From NCBI GenBank assembly GCA_965112155.1, contig OZ218103.1: a DNA stretch of 64,000 bases. One strand, written 5' to 3'. Position 1 is the stretch's first letter; each line of letters starts with the position of its first letter. Of this stretch, positions 25,968 to 39,823 are shown one piece after another. Under the pieces are notes generated by a model that saw only the letters and a program-made list of their open reading frames with translations, was not told the origin of the DNA and ran no database searches. The position numbers were made by a program, and so were the translations under genes. The stretch comes from Podarcis liolepis (lineage: Eukaryota).

Positions 25968-26135
25968 ATTTATCAGTATCCATTCCACCTTCTCCCAAGG
26001 AGCTCAATGTGAGATTCATTAGTCTCCTTTTCTGCATGTTATCCTCACAACAACCCTGTGAAGCAGATCAGAGTGAGTGACAGTGACTGGCACATGGTCA
26101 TACAGTGAGTTTCATGGCTGATTTTAACACTGATT
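25968..26135 (-). mobile_element. MIR/CORE-like SINE remnant
   Basis: ATCCTCACAACAACCCTGTGA...GTGACTGGC...GGTCA...AGTGAGTTTCATGGCTG core. Confidence 0.6.
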
Positions 26136-28749
26136 TCTCAGCTCCACCTTATTCCATATTCCCCACTGTGGCCTACAGATTCTTAAAAGTCTTGCTACAT
26201 CATTTAGATACCAATTCCTGCACCTATCCTTTCCTCATGGTGCTGCATAAGGAACATCGCTTCACCCTGCTACATGCAAGTGTCATCCTTGCCTGACATG
26301 GCTCTCTGGTTCTCAACAATTGTGACTTAATTCTTAGACATTTTTAGATAAAATCTTCCAAGGTAATAGGTACAGATCTCTCAATATATTTTAAGTGAGA
26401 CAAGTCAGCAAGGAGTCTAAACAATAAATTGTCTTGCTCCTAACCTGCTTTCTAACCAATGAAATTGGCACAACAATTATCGCACAATAAAGCAATACTT
26501 TAACACTACTAAGGTTAAAGTTTCTCAGTTACTTAACAGACAAATCATTTATGGTTGGCAGAATCATCTTAACTCATTTTCCAAATACAAAAACATTTAA
26601 AGGTTGTTATAATATTGTTATAGTACTTAGCATTCTTGCATTTGATTAAATTCAGGCCAATACTTTCAATTTATTTAAGTATTGAATAATCAATATTTCC
26701 ATACTGATGAGAGGCTGAAAACAAAGTCAAATATTTAAGGATCTTGCACTGAAATATCTTGAAATTTATCTACACTCTAGTCTTCATTAAGATTTATAAA
26801 GCTATACTTAAGTTTTAATAACTTTGCTTTTAATATTCATTGCATTTGTATATTAACAGGTTTACAAATGAATAAAAGTAGACTCCTCTAATAAACTGAA
26901 CTAAATGTTATCACCCTAAAATGGTGATAATGCAGCACCCAGTAGGAACTACAACATCACGTAGACAAAGGTTAAAAATGGGCATGAAAGTACTATTAAA
27001 ACGCAGTATAAAATGTCAGAGAAATGAAAGCAAAAGTCCAAGGTATCTTGAAAACTTAAGTACAGGAATTAAGTTTTAGATGTTTGGTGATGTTTATGCA
27101 GTAGAAAGATTTGTATTTTCTCCAACTTATTACACTCACAGAAGTAGACAAATGTATGCTCAGTCAATTTGAGAGTCTATATTAGCTTTTCTCAACAGGA
27201 AGCAACGTTGCTAACGAAGTGGTAAATTCAGTGTTAATGAGTGGCTTCACTGTTGCCACCTCTGAGGTAAAACCTTTCACGTTTCATGTTCTATCCATCT
27301 GTTCTGGTGTTAGGGGTTCAGAGAAAGAACAGACGCTTCCCATTTAAAGCAACTTTGTTGGTACCCCCTGAACAGCAGGGTGGTAAACTAAGAATATCAT
27401 ATTTGCTTGGAGACTGCAATTATCATTATCAGAAAGGTTTCAAGAGAACCTGAAGCAAGTCTGCATGAAATGTTGTTTCTCCTTATACATACAAAAAGTA
27501 TGACTATTATATTGTCTGAGGTTAATAACTAAACATAACCCTTTTGTCTAAACCACATAGAATTTTGTTCACAAGCAATGAGGCCTTTTCAACTGACTCA
27601 GATTTTTAATTTAAACCAACTTGTAGGCACAGAAAGATTTTAATATCAAAACAGATTTTATCTGACAAAAGAAGCCACAAGTTCTTTTTAACAGAGAGAT
27701 GTTTCCCTATGTGCCAAAACCAAGTCAGTGCTGGATCAGATGCAGTACAGTAAGCCCACGACTGACATGCATTTAACTTGTGCGCATTCAGCTTTACGTG
27801 CTTGGCAAAAAAAAATTCTATAAAAATAAAAGGGGGCGGAATGAGGTGGGTGTCCTGGCTAAAACATTTTGACAATCCCAGCCACTATTGAACCCAATGT
27901 GTTTTGACAATATGGGATTTTGACTTTAGACGGGATCCCCAGAACGTAACCCCCATTTAAGTTGCAGGTTTACTGCACATCCAATCTGCAGTCCATATAG
28001 GTCATAATAGTTCGGTTCATAGTCACTCAACCTAAATGGTTGAGAGGGCAAGCAAAAATTGTGGAATTGACATGATGGACTTCATGCTGTTTATGACTTT
28101 TTCAGGGCACTTCTGATGTCAAACAGTCTGCAGTACGGACTTTGGTACAAAATTAAAATTGTGATTGTAAAAGTCACAAACTATCCTTTTAAATCCACAC
28201 AAATTATGAATTTGGCTTCTTGGCCCAGGGTGCCTTTAGTTTAATTTTAACTCTAAACCCCACCCCCCAATACTAAACAGTATTATTTTCTGACAATTTG
28301 TAGAGCAAGAGAATAATGTAATACAGATTGATGGATTCACTTTTAAATGTGCACTCTGTATTATTGAAAGCTGTTGTTCAATATGAATATTAAATTAAGA
28401 TTAATAAAGATTATTTGTGTGGAAAAACTCTGTTTGAGAAAATAAGAAATAATGAGATGCCAGCCGAAACAAGATTCTGTTACTACATAGAAGAAATAAA
28501 GAAGTGAAGTTATGCAGACATTTCATGAAAGCCAGGAACGAGGTAGTATGCTATTGAACCCTATGTATCGAAGTAAGTCCTGCTGTGTGAAATGTGGCTT
28601 CATGTTGGTAAGATTGCATTAAAAAAACAATCCACCAAACTCCTTTTATAAAGGTACAACTTGCTTGTTTTTCAAAATAGTAGAACTGACAGATGCTTAT
28701 CTTTCCTTTGCAAGCATTTTATCTTAAAAAACAACTGAATCCATTAGAA

Positions 28750-28945
28750 ATTTATAATACACTTTGGCTAAAATCTTATATGACAAAGCACCACATTAAA
28801 ATGTTTTTTGTTTATCTCAGCGGAGGAAAGGAAAACACAAGTAAAGTATTTATAATACACTTTGGCTAAAATCTTATATGACAAAGCACCACATTAAAAT
28901 GTTTTTTGTTTATCTCAGCGGAGGAAAGGAAAACACAAGTAAAGT
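28750..28945. repeat. Perfect tandem duplication, 2 x 98 bp
   Basis: 28750-28847 is identical to 28848-28945. Confidence 0.95.
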
Positions 28946-29437
28946 CAGATATAAAATACAGTAGGAAAGTGAAAGGGGAATAAGAGGGAACCGGAAAGCA
29001 CCAGAAGCAATCAGTAAAAAAAAATATTTGAAAGTAGAAGAACCTAAGCTTAAAGAAAGGTCAGCCAGAAATGGGGGAAACGGATCTGATCAATCAGGCA
29101 AGAGAGAGGAATTGGAGGGCCTGCCTCCCAGAGTTCATTGCTCTTCTGCCTCTGTCAAGTGATGAGGGATAATACCCAACCCATTCAGGTCATCAGCAAA
29201 TGCCTCGAATTGTCATGTCAACACATTTCAGTATTATTTTCAGCCTGGAGGGAAATACATCTAGTAAAGATTTATTTGAGTAAAGCATGCTTTCAGCCTA
29301 CACTCTTCAGTTGTGTCCACCTTCATTGGCAAAAGGTTCTCCAATCTAGCAGGAAGGCTCGCCCATTCCCCCTTTCCTCCTGCGGCCTCTTCCATCACCT
29401 CCCATGCCGTTCAAAGGGTCCCCTCAATGATCTGGAG

Positions 29438-29688
29438 CAGGGGTAGGCAAACTAAGGCCCGGGGGCCGGATCCGGCCCAATCACCTTCTAAATCTGGCCC
29501 GCAGACGGTCCGGGAATCAGCGTATTTTTACATGAGTAGAATGTGTGCTTTTATTTAAAATGCATCTCTGGGTTATTTGTGGGGCATAGGAATTCGTTCT
29601 TTTCCCCCCTTCAAAATATAGTCCAGCCCCCCACAAGGTCTGAGAGACAGTGGACCGGCCCCCTGCTGAAAAAGTTTGCTGACCCCTG
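29438..29688. mobile_element. hAT (Charlie-type) MITE
   Basis: TIR CAGGGGTAGGCAAACT/AGTTTGCTGACCCCTG with perfect 8-bp TSD ATCTGGAG (29430-29437 and 29689-29696). Confidence 0.92.
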
Positions 29689-30199
29689 ATCTGGAGCATA
29701 TGGGGGGGCTGCAAAGGAAAGGGGGGAGCAGCAAAAATCCAAGTTCCACTCATGGAAGCTTCTATTGGATTTGAGAGCCTTCCATCAACTGGGGTTCTCT
29801 TGCACTTTGAACATCGATAGGACGACACATTAAAGAGTAACTGTAACACCTGAGATGTGCTGAATGTGTGCTAGCTTTCTATTCAAAATCCTAAAGAGAA
29901 GGTAGCTCCAACTACAAACCTAGATTTACTTCAGATTTCTATAAATGTAACACTACTCAGTGTTGCAATGCTTGAATAACCATTTCTCTATTTTCTCCTT
30001 TTCAAAACCTAAAAACAAACTTCTCTAAAATATCCTCGTTTTTTGCATAAACATTTCAATTTTAGGGGGGGGGGGGGCTTAATGAGTTCTGCAGCTATAG
30101 CTGCCTGTAGCCATATAATGTAAGCTTTAAGAAATGAAGCACAAAGGTCAGATCTGTCTTCAAGATGACAGATCATCACTTAACCGCCTCAGGCTAGTC

Positions 30200-30355
30200 N
30201 NNNNNNNNNNNNNNNNNNNNNNNNNNNNNNNNNNNNNNNNNNNNNNNNNNNNNNNNNNNNNNNNNNNNNNNNNNNNNNNNNNNNNNNNNNNNNNNNNNNN
30301 NNNNNNNNNNNNNNNNNNNNNNNNNNNNNNNNNNNNNNNNNNNNNNNNNNNNNNN
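30200..30355. other. Assembly gap (156 N)
   Basis: Run of n. Confidence 1.
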
Positions 30356-32559
30356 CCTAGGTCACTTCGTAATTCAGATTAGATTCAACCTTCCTGTCAT
30401 ATCTATGCTGCCCACTTTCTGTTCATTAAGAATTCTTTGTAACAAAATGCACTTAATTTTATTCTTTTATGTACATTATTAATTGTATTTATTACAAGTA
30501 GGTTAATATTCACTGAATACCTATTTCATAATGGCAACCTTTTCCATGTAATATGGTTACACAAACGATAACAGTGTCCTCATTCAAATGCTAGCTCATT
30601 TAGCCACATAACCAAATTAAATGTTATGCTAGTTGCCCACTAGCAGTTACAGTTAAAGGTTTGTCATATTCAATTAGAAAGCACCATGGGTTGGATCCAA
30701 AGAACCATGAGCAGAATGAAAATAGCCACTAGCGCAGCTATGTAAATGCTTGTGCAAGTGCTAGCAAAAAAGTTGATACAGTGCTATAACAGGCAGGTTC
30801 TGTTATTGTCCTCATGCTTCCATTGTTGTCCTCATACAATGCTCTAACATGAGGAGTACAAAAGCCCCTCCATGAACATAACACACCTGCTGCCTCTGTA
30901 AGGACCCCTTTGAATCCATGCCTACATTTAAAAAGGTCAAAATATAAATAGACCACAGGGAACCACCCAGCAGTACCCAAATTTTAATGTTATGCTAATG
31001 CTACCATGGGCCCAATTCAAATTCAACACTAACCCATGATTTGCTATCACAAGAACGAGCTTCAGTGGTTTAGTTTTACTTTTCTCAAACAATGCTCTAA
31101 TATAAAGGATGAAGTAGCTCCTGAATGGGCAGAAGGTATGATACTATCAGTCCTATTCAGACACAACAGTAATCTGTGCCTTAGTGTTATGAGAACCAAA
31201 CTTGGGCTCACAAACAGCTACAAGGAAGAACTTGAAAGCTTTCACTTCCATCTTGAATTAACTGTAGGTTGTCCAAACATGGACAAAATGCCCTTGATTT
31301 TATTAAATATGATTGGTTTAAGAAAACCAATTTCAGAGCATGGCCAATGATGTTGATTTGTGATGAAAGTGCACAGAGTGAAAAAAACCTGTATTTTCAT
31401 AATATAATAGACGAATTACTCACTTTCCTTTAGATCAGTCCCAAGAGACTGCGATCTACTCACAGAATTAAAAACTGGCGGTGAACTACCCCCGTTTTCA
31501 GGTGGTTCAGGGCAAAGTTGTTGAGCTTTTTTTAGGGAGGAGTGATTTTTTGTGAGTTCAAGGCTAAGCTGTTGGCCATTTTTAGGGAGAAAGGGGATCA
31601 GACACTCACCAACAGATCGCTGAGGAGACAAACAGCCTCTCTGAGTAAACTCCGTCTTCCATTTGGCAGATGATGCAACAATGGAGGGCGGGGCAAGGGA
31701 GCGGGCCCAGATTCTAGTTTACCAACACTAGGGAAAGGGACCCAGCGATCGACCACGATCAACCTGTTGGACATCCTTGCTTTAGATCACTCACTACATA
31801 TGGCGTCAGGAATCAGTTGAACCAACAGGTTTACAGCACCCCTTTACAAACATTCAATTCATTGTTTTTCCCATCACATAAAAGCTAACTTTTATGTGCA
31901 CCCACCCCCTCCCCAATTCTTCTTTGTGATTTGCTGAGTGTCTGTTCAGCAATACTTACTGATTTGCTTTGGGGGTCATTTTCACCCTAACTGCATCTGC
32001 AAATGCCTGTGTCCTCACCTCAGCAGGTGGCCAGGCTTAATGGCAGCTCTCAATCAAGAACCTTTAGATGACCCCTTCCCTCTGTTTACAGTAAGTTTTC
32101 CAAAATATGCAGTTGAGAGTTGCATCTGTCATCTTTATAATCAAGCAGCCCAACAGCTCTAAACCCGAGGCATGTCTGTCGCTAATTTTCTTTTCTTTTC
32201 AGCACCACATCAACACCTGGTTGGTCTCTTAGGTCACTGTGACTTGTTGCTTGTGATGCTGAACAATGTAGTACAACCACTCTGCTGTTTTAAAATTACT
32301 GATGTGTATTTGTGGGAGAGGGGTTATCCCTTCTCAAATTGTTTAATTATTAGGTGCCCCACCCTCAGATTGGCCTAAATGTTTTTAGTAAGTAAATAAG
32401 AAAACTTAAGAATGGACAGTGGTTGAAAAACTCAGGATAATTGTTGAGATACCAACACCAAATTTACAGGGTTCTGGATGGAAAGTAACAATTGCTAACA
32501 TTTTAATTGTCCATGGGATTAGCTAAGAGGAAACCAGACTATGGTTGGCACATCAAAAA

Positions 32560-32625
32560 GGAAGGAAGGAAGGAAGGAAGGAAGGAAGGAAGGAAGGAAG
32601 GAAGGAAGGAAGGAAGGAAGGAAGG
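32560..32625. repeat. (GGAA)n microsatellite
   Basis: Read directly from the sequence. Confidence 0.95.
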
Positions 32626-32663
32626 CCTAAGACATTCCTTGCAAATCCTGAAGTCTCAACAGC

Positions 32664-32840
32664 ACGCCATTACTCAATGGTGAGTTAAATGCTTTGTATG
32701 TAGAAGGTCCCAGGTTGAGACCACAGCATTTTCAAGTAGGACTGGGGAAATACCTGTCTGAAACCCTGGACAGCTACTATGAATCTGTGTAGACAATACC
32801 AACCTAAACAGATCAACAGCATGACTTGGTTAAGCAGTTT
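32664..32840 (+). mobile_element. Degenerate squamate tRNA-derived SINE
   Basis: tRNA-like head (AGAAGGTCCCAGGTT) followed by the CTGAAACCCTGGA..AGC...GTGTAGACAATAC body. A piece of the same body occurs near 770-790. Confidence 0.6.
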
Positions 32841-35059
32841 TGTAAAATCAGATACTTTCTTCAAAACTGTATTTTATGGCTGATTTTAATTGTTGTTCAC
32901 CACTTTAAGTGGTGCACAGATATCAGAAGGTTGGGATATATATTTATACAAAATAAATGAAAAGGAGCAATCTCAGACCACAAACCTAAGCCTGAGATCA
33001 TCCTTTATTATACTGAAACTAAAGGTGGGGTGAATACCTGTAATGATACGCTTCCAAATATATAATCAAACAGCAACCTAAGTTCGTTTCTCCAATATAT
33101 TAGACACTGCCTGATCAAATGCCTACACTGTTTGAAACTGCTTGGAAACTGAAACCACAATGGAGCGGACATCCTCAAATACCTCTCTCTTTCCTCGCAG
33201 ACCTGGGACTTGAGTTCATCAAATCCTAACTGGACTCTAGAAACACAGCCAACTGGTCTTGGACAAGTTGAGAGAAGACACCTCAGAAATGATAGGGCCT
33301 GCCATCAAGAAAAGGGGCAGGTGTCATCTCTGTCAATGACACGAGAATCACAGTAACAATGCATTTCATGTAACTGTTTTGTCTGACCAACTCATGCATA
33401 TGGTGATTGCGCATATGCTGCTTAATACAGTTGGTATGCAAAAAATGTTGCAGCTGTTGTTGTTACAGGTAAATCACTACTCAAGCAGGTAATTCACTAA
33501 CAAAAGCACAATAATCTTTAAGAAATTTGAGCTCTAAATTATGCTTGGGTGGGTGGGGGGATTTGAGGTTGATAGTAGCTTTGGTGACTAACTATGCAGA
33601 GTGTAGTCAGAAGAAAGAGAGTGTCAATAGAAGAATCCTCAAAGGCTGCTTCTAGAAAAGGTTCAATTAGTGGGGGTAGGAGAGCTAGAAAAAAAATCAC
33701 ATCTAGTAACCAATGCACCCCTTTAGTTTCAGAAAGTACATGGGCAAACAAGGCTTCATTTGGTCAAAATCGAGTATACACTTCCAGAGTTAACGCTAAA
33801 TACATTACTTCTGGTAAATGAACCAACCATAAAAGCTAGAAGGCCGCAAAAATTGTGTCCCAGGCTTTTCAGACTCAGCTACCCATGTACTTATCTGAAA
33901 TCAAAGGGACGCATTGGTTGCCAGATGTGAAATACATTGACAATATTTTCAGCTCTCCTACCCCACTAAATATGTGATGGCTCACAGCACTCAAGCACAT
34001 TATCGATAATGGACTAAGGCCACTAGGTTTAAAACGGTTAGTGATTTGGTGCAATTGGATTAAAAGTTCAATTTCAAGTTATCGGGGCACAAAGGATTAA
34101 AAAGTTGTAATGTCTTGTTTATATGAGAATACTTCCCATGGTGTTATGGTGTTCATGCAACTACAAGTCAAAAGGTCTCAAATCTATGAAAACATGCCAG
34201 TTTCTACTGCAAACTTGAATCAGGAGCAGCTAACATAAGGAGGGCAGAGTTCCAAGTCAGTGATTAATATGCAAGAAAGATTTTGAACATAAAGTAGTAT
34301 TCGTTTTCGGAAGTAGTTTGGCATGAGAAATATATATAGTTCACTTAAGAATCCCTAGAGCATTTGTCAAATTAATTTTTCTCCTTTGAGCATACATGAA
34401 GTATTTCCATGACCTCCAAAAATGAGACTACATACTTCTAATTGCCAGAGATGTTACCCAGAAAACTTCATTTGATGTTGTAGCATTAAGAATAAAACAA
34501 AGTTAAGCACTTCTTAACAACAGGTACAAGTACTTTAAAACTCAACATTACCAGAGCCTTTAAAGTTTAACTATAAAAAGATGGGTTCTTCTCTTTGAAC
34601 TTAAGTAGCATGCATTATGTATGTTCCATTAACAAAACCAACCTATTTGTAAAAGGTAAAAGTGCCTCAAGCTAAATTAACACTATAGAGTTTTCCATTT
34701 AGAGTAGTGAAATGTCAAGAACTAAAAAAATTGTTTTCTGAACTAAGAACTTACTTAGTATGCACCTTTGTCACATGACTATATTTAAAATGAATATCTT
34801 TTCAGTGGCAAATAACCAGCAGTTTCCTCTAGCTGCGATTCAACACTCATTAAAGCTGCTAACAAGTTTTTGCTTATTACATACTCAATTTTTGTTGCAC
34901 TTACTATTGCTGAGAGATCCGTTTAGTATAAATTTCAATAATTTAAGGCCACATCCCTAGATGTTTCTGTAACATCCATTCTTTATGTTAATTTTAAAAC
35001 ATCCAAAACGGAAGCGGCATTTTCAGTATCAGCCGCTGTTAAGATCAAAACAAGAGATA

Positions 35060-35304
35060 CAGTGGTGCCTCGCAAGACAAAATTAATCCGTTCCGCGAGT
35101 CTCTTCGTCTTACAGTTTTTTCGTCTTGCGAAGCACGGCTATTAGCGGCTTAGCGGCTTTAAGAAAAAGGAAACAAACTCGCAAGAACTCGCAAGACGTT
35201 TCGTCTTGCGAAGCAAGCCCATAGGGAAATTCATCTTGCGGAACAACTAAAAAAACGGAAAACTCTTTCGTCTTGCGTGTTTTTCGTCTTGCGAGGTACC
35301 ACTG
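35060..35304 (+). mobile_element. Tigger-like MITE, family A copy 2
   Basis: Same TIR (CAGTGGT(G/A)CCTCGCAAGAC), TA flanks, interior shared with 19343-19660. Confidence 0.9.
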
Positions 35305-38300
35305 TACTTATATAGTGCCTATATAGTACTAGTTCACAAAGAATGAAAGAAAAAACAAACATGATCAGTGATAAAAACACCTCAAATGTAGTAATGTTCC
35401 AAAAACTCCAGTAGGGCAATACCTTTATTAGACCAGCCAAATGTGTAAGTAATCTGATCTGCTAAAAAAGAAAGCTGATTGAAAATAGAAGTTTTAGGTT
35501 TGCAACGCTAAGAAAGATTCCTGTCAGTGCAGAGATTTATGCTTCTGCAAGGTAACTTCCCTCCTTCCACATTTCACAATGGTTATAGAATAAATAAGAA
35601 GTTGAATGAGGTTTCATTCTTGTAAAAGGTTTTTTTAAAAAAAAAACCCAACACTTTATACATTGTAAGCTTTAGTCTGACTTCTAAGAGGCATAAAAAC
35701 AACAGTTTTGATATAACAATATAAACTGTTTACTACCTGGTGAGCTACCAAAAGCAACCTAAAACTATTTGTGTAGCAAGGCATCCCCAGAAGCAAGCTA
35801 TTTTTCAGTTCAGTAAAAGTGCAATTGAGCAAGGATCTTCAGGCTTTTCACCATGGTCCCTATCCAGACCATGCAATCTTCTCTGGAGGCTTTTCCCTGA
35901 ATGCCTCCACCAACTAAGATGTGGCAAAAGATTATAAGAGCATGGTTCGAAATTAGCAGGGCGCCAGGCACATTTTGTGCCTAAAGGTTCTCCATTTGCG
36001 AGTATCTCCAAAAGTATGGATGCCATTTTTTTATGCCTGGCTGACACTCAACAATTAAATGTATGTGCTTTGAAGCCTCAAAGTATATGATAAGGGTAGA
36101 CAATATGTTAAGGAGTTTAACAATAAAGAGTAGAGTGTTTTGAAAACTGAAGTATGGTACCAATATTTTTATTGTAAACACCAATTTAAGCATGTGTAAA
36201 CAATTTCCGTTAAAAATGTGATATTAACAATGTGTCACTTATGTGAATTGCGTATTAGTTCATGCTTATCAAAATAATAAATAAAGAGCACTGCCAACCC
36301 CCCACTCCCACAAATGGTGACTACACATTCTGTTTTGGCACCACAATCCAGGTCACAAGAACCATTTGGCTCCTAGCTTTTCTATTCCAGTTCCAACACT
36401 GTATAAGACAGAGGCCTTTTCAGTGGTGGCTCATGATAGAATGTTCTCCCATGATACGTCTGTCAGATGCTACTTCCTGGGTATCATTTCAGCAGCAGAA
36501 AAAGGTCTTTTTTATTTTCTCTGGCTTTATTAATCCGCTAGTTTTAAGCCGTTTATGCTCTCTGAATAATTTTGTGCTGTGTTTATCCTTTTGCCATTTT
36601 TTTTATTGCTGTTCGATTGTAATTTAATTTGATTTTTACTGTAAGATCCCCTGAGAACTTTGTAATAGAGAAGCCTATAAATACAGCAAGTAGATTAGTA
36701 AAGGGGGAGAGGAAGAATACATAGACAAACCAAGCAATTGCACATGTTGATGGCCTCTGCTGTTCAAATCTGCATCCTGACATCTATCTTCCAGAAGTCT
36801 TTGCTTAAATTATTTCAGTCCAGGAATGTATATATTACTGTTTACTAGTGGGTCAAGAGAAAAAAGCCCTCTATATTCAAGACAAAATTAATTCTGAAAA
36901 AAGTTTCTGTGGACTGGAGTCCACTTAATCATATTGTGACTGATATTCTAGTACACAAAAGCTTGTCATAATAAAATGTGTTAGCCTTTAGAGGTAGCAC
37001 ACATCTCTTTGTTGCTTTTGCTGCAACAGACTACTAGCACTGATACCCCCTTGAAATTGTATACTCAAATATTTACGGATAAAAAATTATGAAGAAACAT
37101 ATGAATGGCACTGCTGAGATTCAAATTAATTATTTTTTCTATCAAAAAATATCCTTACATTTTAACCTTATCTTTGCCAGATACTTGTTTCACATGAAAA
37201 CTGAAATTCACGATAGTGAATTTCTGTAAACAAAGCCAACCTCTGAGTCTACATAGAAAACACTGCTCCACACACAAAAATCCTGATTCAGTGCAGAGCT
37301 CTAGTTTTAAAAATGGCACACAAAAAACAGACTACTAAAATGAAATCCCATTTTTATCTATTGATAGACTTAAAATTCAACCTTGTTTTTGGAAGTAAAC
37401 TCAACTGAGCTTCAGACTCATTCTTGGGTGCGTATACATAGCAAATGTACGTATACATTCTGTTTTTATTGGGCATATCCAAAAATCTAAAAACATTTGT
37501 TCTCTCCATACTAAAATGTCTGGATAGTGACAAACTGTAATTATTGATGAAGTGCTACTTATTCTAGAAGACGCCCAGTTTTTCAACCTCTTTCTCCTGT
37601 CAGTGGATCCAAACTTAGAGTTGGCATATTTTGAAGTGCAAAAAAGAGGACACATTTGGGGACTTCTACTTTTAACTGTGGACCACTATGACGCTTCTAC
37701 CCTTGAAAAAGAGGACATATGGCAAACCCTAACCAGCAGGAGTGACAGGCAGTAGCAGAGTTGATTGGCTAGGCTGCCATTTTAGATTTCCACATAGTCC
37801 CAGACTGATGCTACACAGAGGTGCTGTGAGAAATTTTACTAGTAGCTTGACCCAGCCACCAAGTTCTTCTCAGTCAGAGGGCAGAGCATGCAGAATTATA
37901 AAACCCTGCCGGCATGCTGCAACCCTGACAGCTGCCCAAAGATGCTAAATGTTGGTGCTAATCAGCAACAGGCAAGGGGAAAATGTGAAGTATCTTTGTG
38001 ATCCCTCAACAGACAAGTAGGTGGGGGTTATTTTGGTGGTGGTAGGGAATGCTTATAACTTTTATGGACTTATCAGTTCTACTACCGCCATGTCCAAATT
38101 AAATGTTTCTTGTGAAACAGCCACTGCAAAGAATAGGGAAAAAGAACATGAGAACTGCTTTTAGTTAGTGCTGTACTACAATACTGATCACAAACTGGCT
38201 TCCAAAGGAGGGAGGGGTACTGAAAACTTATTGCAGATGTGATTTTGCCTGTTACCACTAGGAAAGCAGCCCTTCCTGCAGATGCAAACAACCCAAACTT

Positions 38301-39583
38301 CCTGCATATGCAAATAACGATTTCTCTCTAAACGTTTAATCAGAAATGGAAAATCCGAAAAAGAGGTATGAATGTTCTGGTAGGTTACTTTTACGCCTCA
38401 TTTGCCAGACATACCCAGACAAGAGACTACATGCTTCCCAATTTTATTTAATTCATTTATTTTTAAAAAGTTATATACTACTTGTTATATTTCTTTAAAA
38501 AACACACCTCTAAGCAATTTACAAAAACTTGTCCATCTAATGATAGTAAAGCACTAGCAGAAATGACCAGGCTGATTATTAAGTCTTTGTGGAACATGAA
38601 CCAGTTCCTTATCATGACAGTTCTGGGCAGCAGGGGGGCGGGGTGCTGTTTCTTCAGATAGTTCTATTTAGTCAGATACCACACCTGGGAAGCATACGAG
38701 GTGGACTACCAAGTCAGATAAGCCACAAATTCCATTATAGCTAGAACTGGGGTTTGTGTATGTGTGGGGCCATGATGCTACATGTTCAAGGCCATCTCTG
38801 AATTCACAGAATTCTGCACTTTTAACATATATACTGGTTTTATTTTAACCTCCATCTAACTCCCCCTTGCACAAATCACTACTCAGTTCCAGAATTAAAA
38901 TGTTAATGAAGACTTGTGTCTTGAAGCAAGGCACTGCCACCAAGTGGTAGTCACATTCTGTATCCAACATTCAGTTCAAACCACCTCACAAAGTGGAATT
39001 CACCTTCTGCAAATTAAGTCTGAAAATGTTTCATCATCAGCCTTAACAATCTGACATCAAACAGCCGTACATGTCAGATAGACACACTAAGTTAAACCAT
39101 TCATTTAGAAGGCCTCTAAGGGGAAAGCCAATAGTTAAATAGATGCAAATAGATGACATTTCAGTAGTTGTTACAAAAAAAATCTTATCAGGCTCATTCA
39201 CTCCAAAATTATTTTTTTAAATGCCAACATTAATTTACATATTATTGTGGCTAAATAGCTTTTAGGGATTTTTCATAAGAAAGTATCAATGAATGCTAGA
39301 AGGCCCAACTAAAATGTTCATAACATGACTGATCTCTAAATGTGTCAGTAATTCATTGGAATAGATGTTAACTGTACCTAAAACAAGAAGCAGGGTATCA
39401 GTCTTTTAGCATACAAAAAGGTATACCAAAATTTGGGTAGGTTTATATTTCAGTCAGTTACTTTTGATAGTATCTCATTGCTGAAATTATTCCTGTTCCA
39501 TATCACATTCAGTAGCTAAATGATTCAAGTTTTACTAGCCAACCAAAATTTCCACTTGAACACAGAATAATCAGATGAATGTA

Positions 39584-39823
39584 CAGTCGTACCTCGAAAG
39601 TTGAACGGAATCCGTACGACTTCCAAAACATTCGAAAACCAAAGCACGGCTTCTGATTGGCTGCAGGAAGATCCTGCAGCCAATCAGAAGCCGTGGAAGC
39701 CCCATCAGATGTTCAGCTTTCAAAAATAGTTCACAAACTGGAACAGTCACTTCCAGGTTTGCAGCATTTGGCGGGAGCCAAAACATTCGAGAACTAAGCT
39801 GTTTGAAAACCAAGGTACGACTG
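39584..39823 (+). mobile_element. Tigger-like MITE, family B, with internal perfect hairpin
   Basis: TIR CAGTCGTACCT.../...AGGTACGACTG with TA flanks. Confidence 0.85.

Noticed and set aside
26400-27710. Apparently TE-free stretch that looks like a decayed large exon (similar impression at 41500-42120)
   Set aside because: The minus-strand readings I tried have frequent stops and I recognise no homologous protein. It would need tBLASTx against fish or amphibian ZNF644/WIZ loci to be supportable.
33184-33490. Possible antisense exon (TTTCCTCGCAG acceptor, CAG|GTAAAT donor)
   Set aside because: Splice-like motifs only, with no partner exons or ORF, so it cannot be supported without transcript data.
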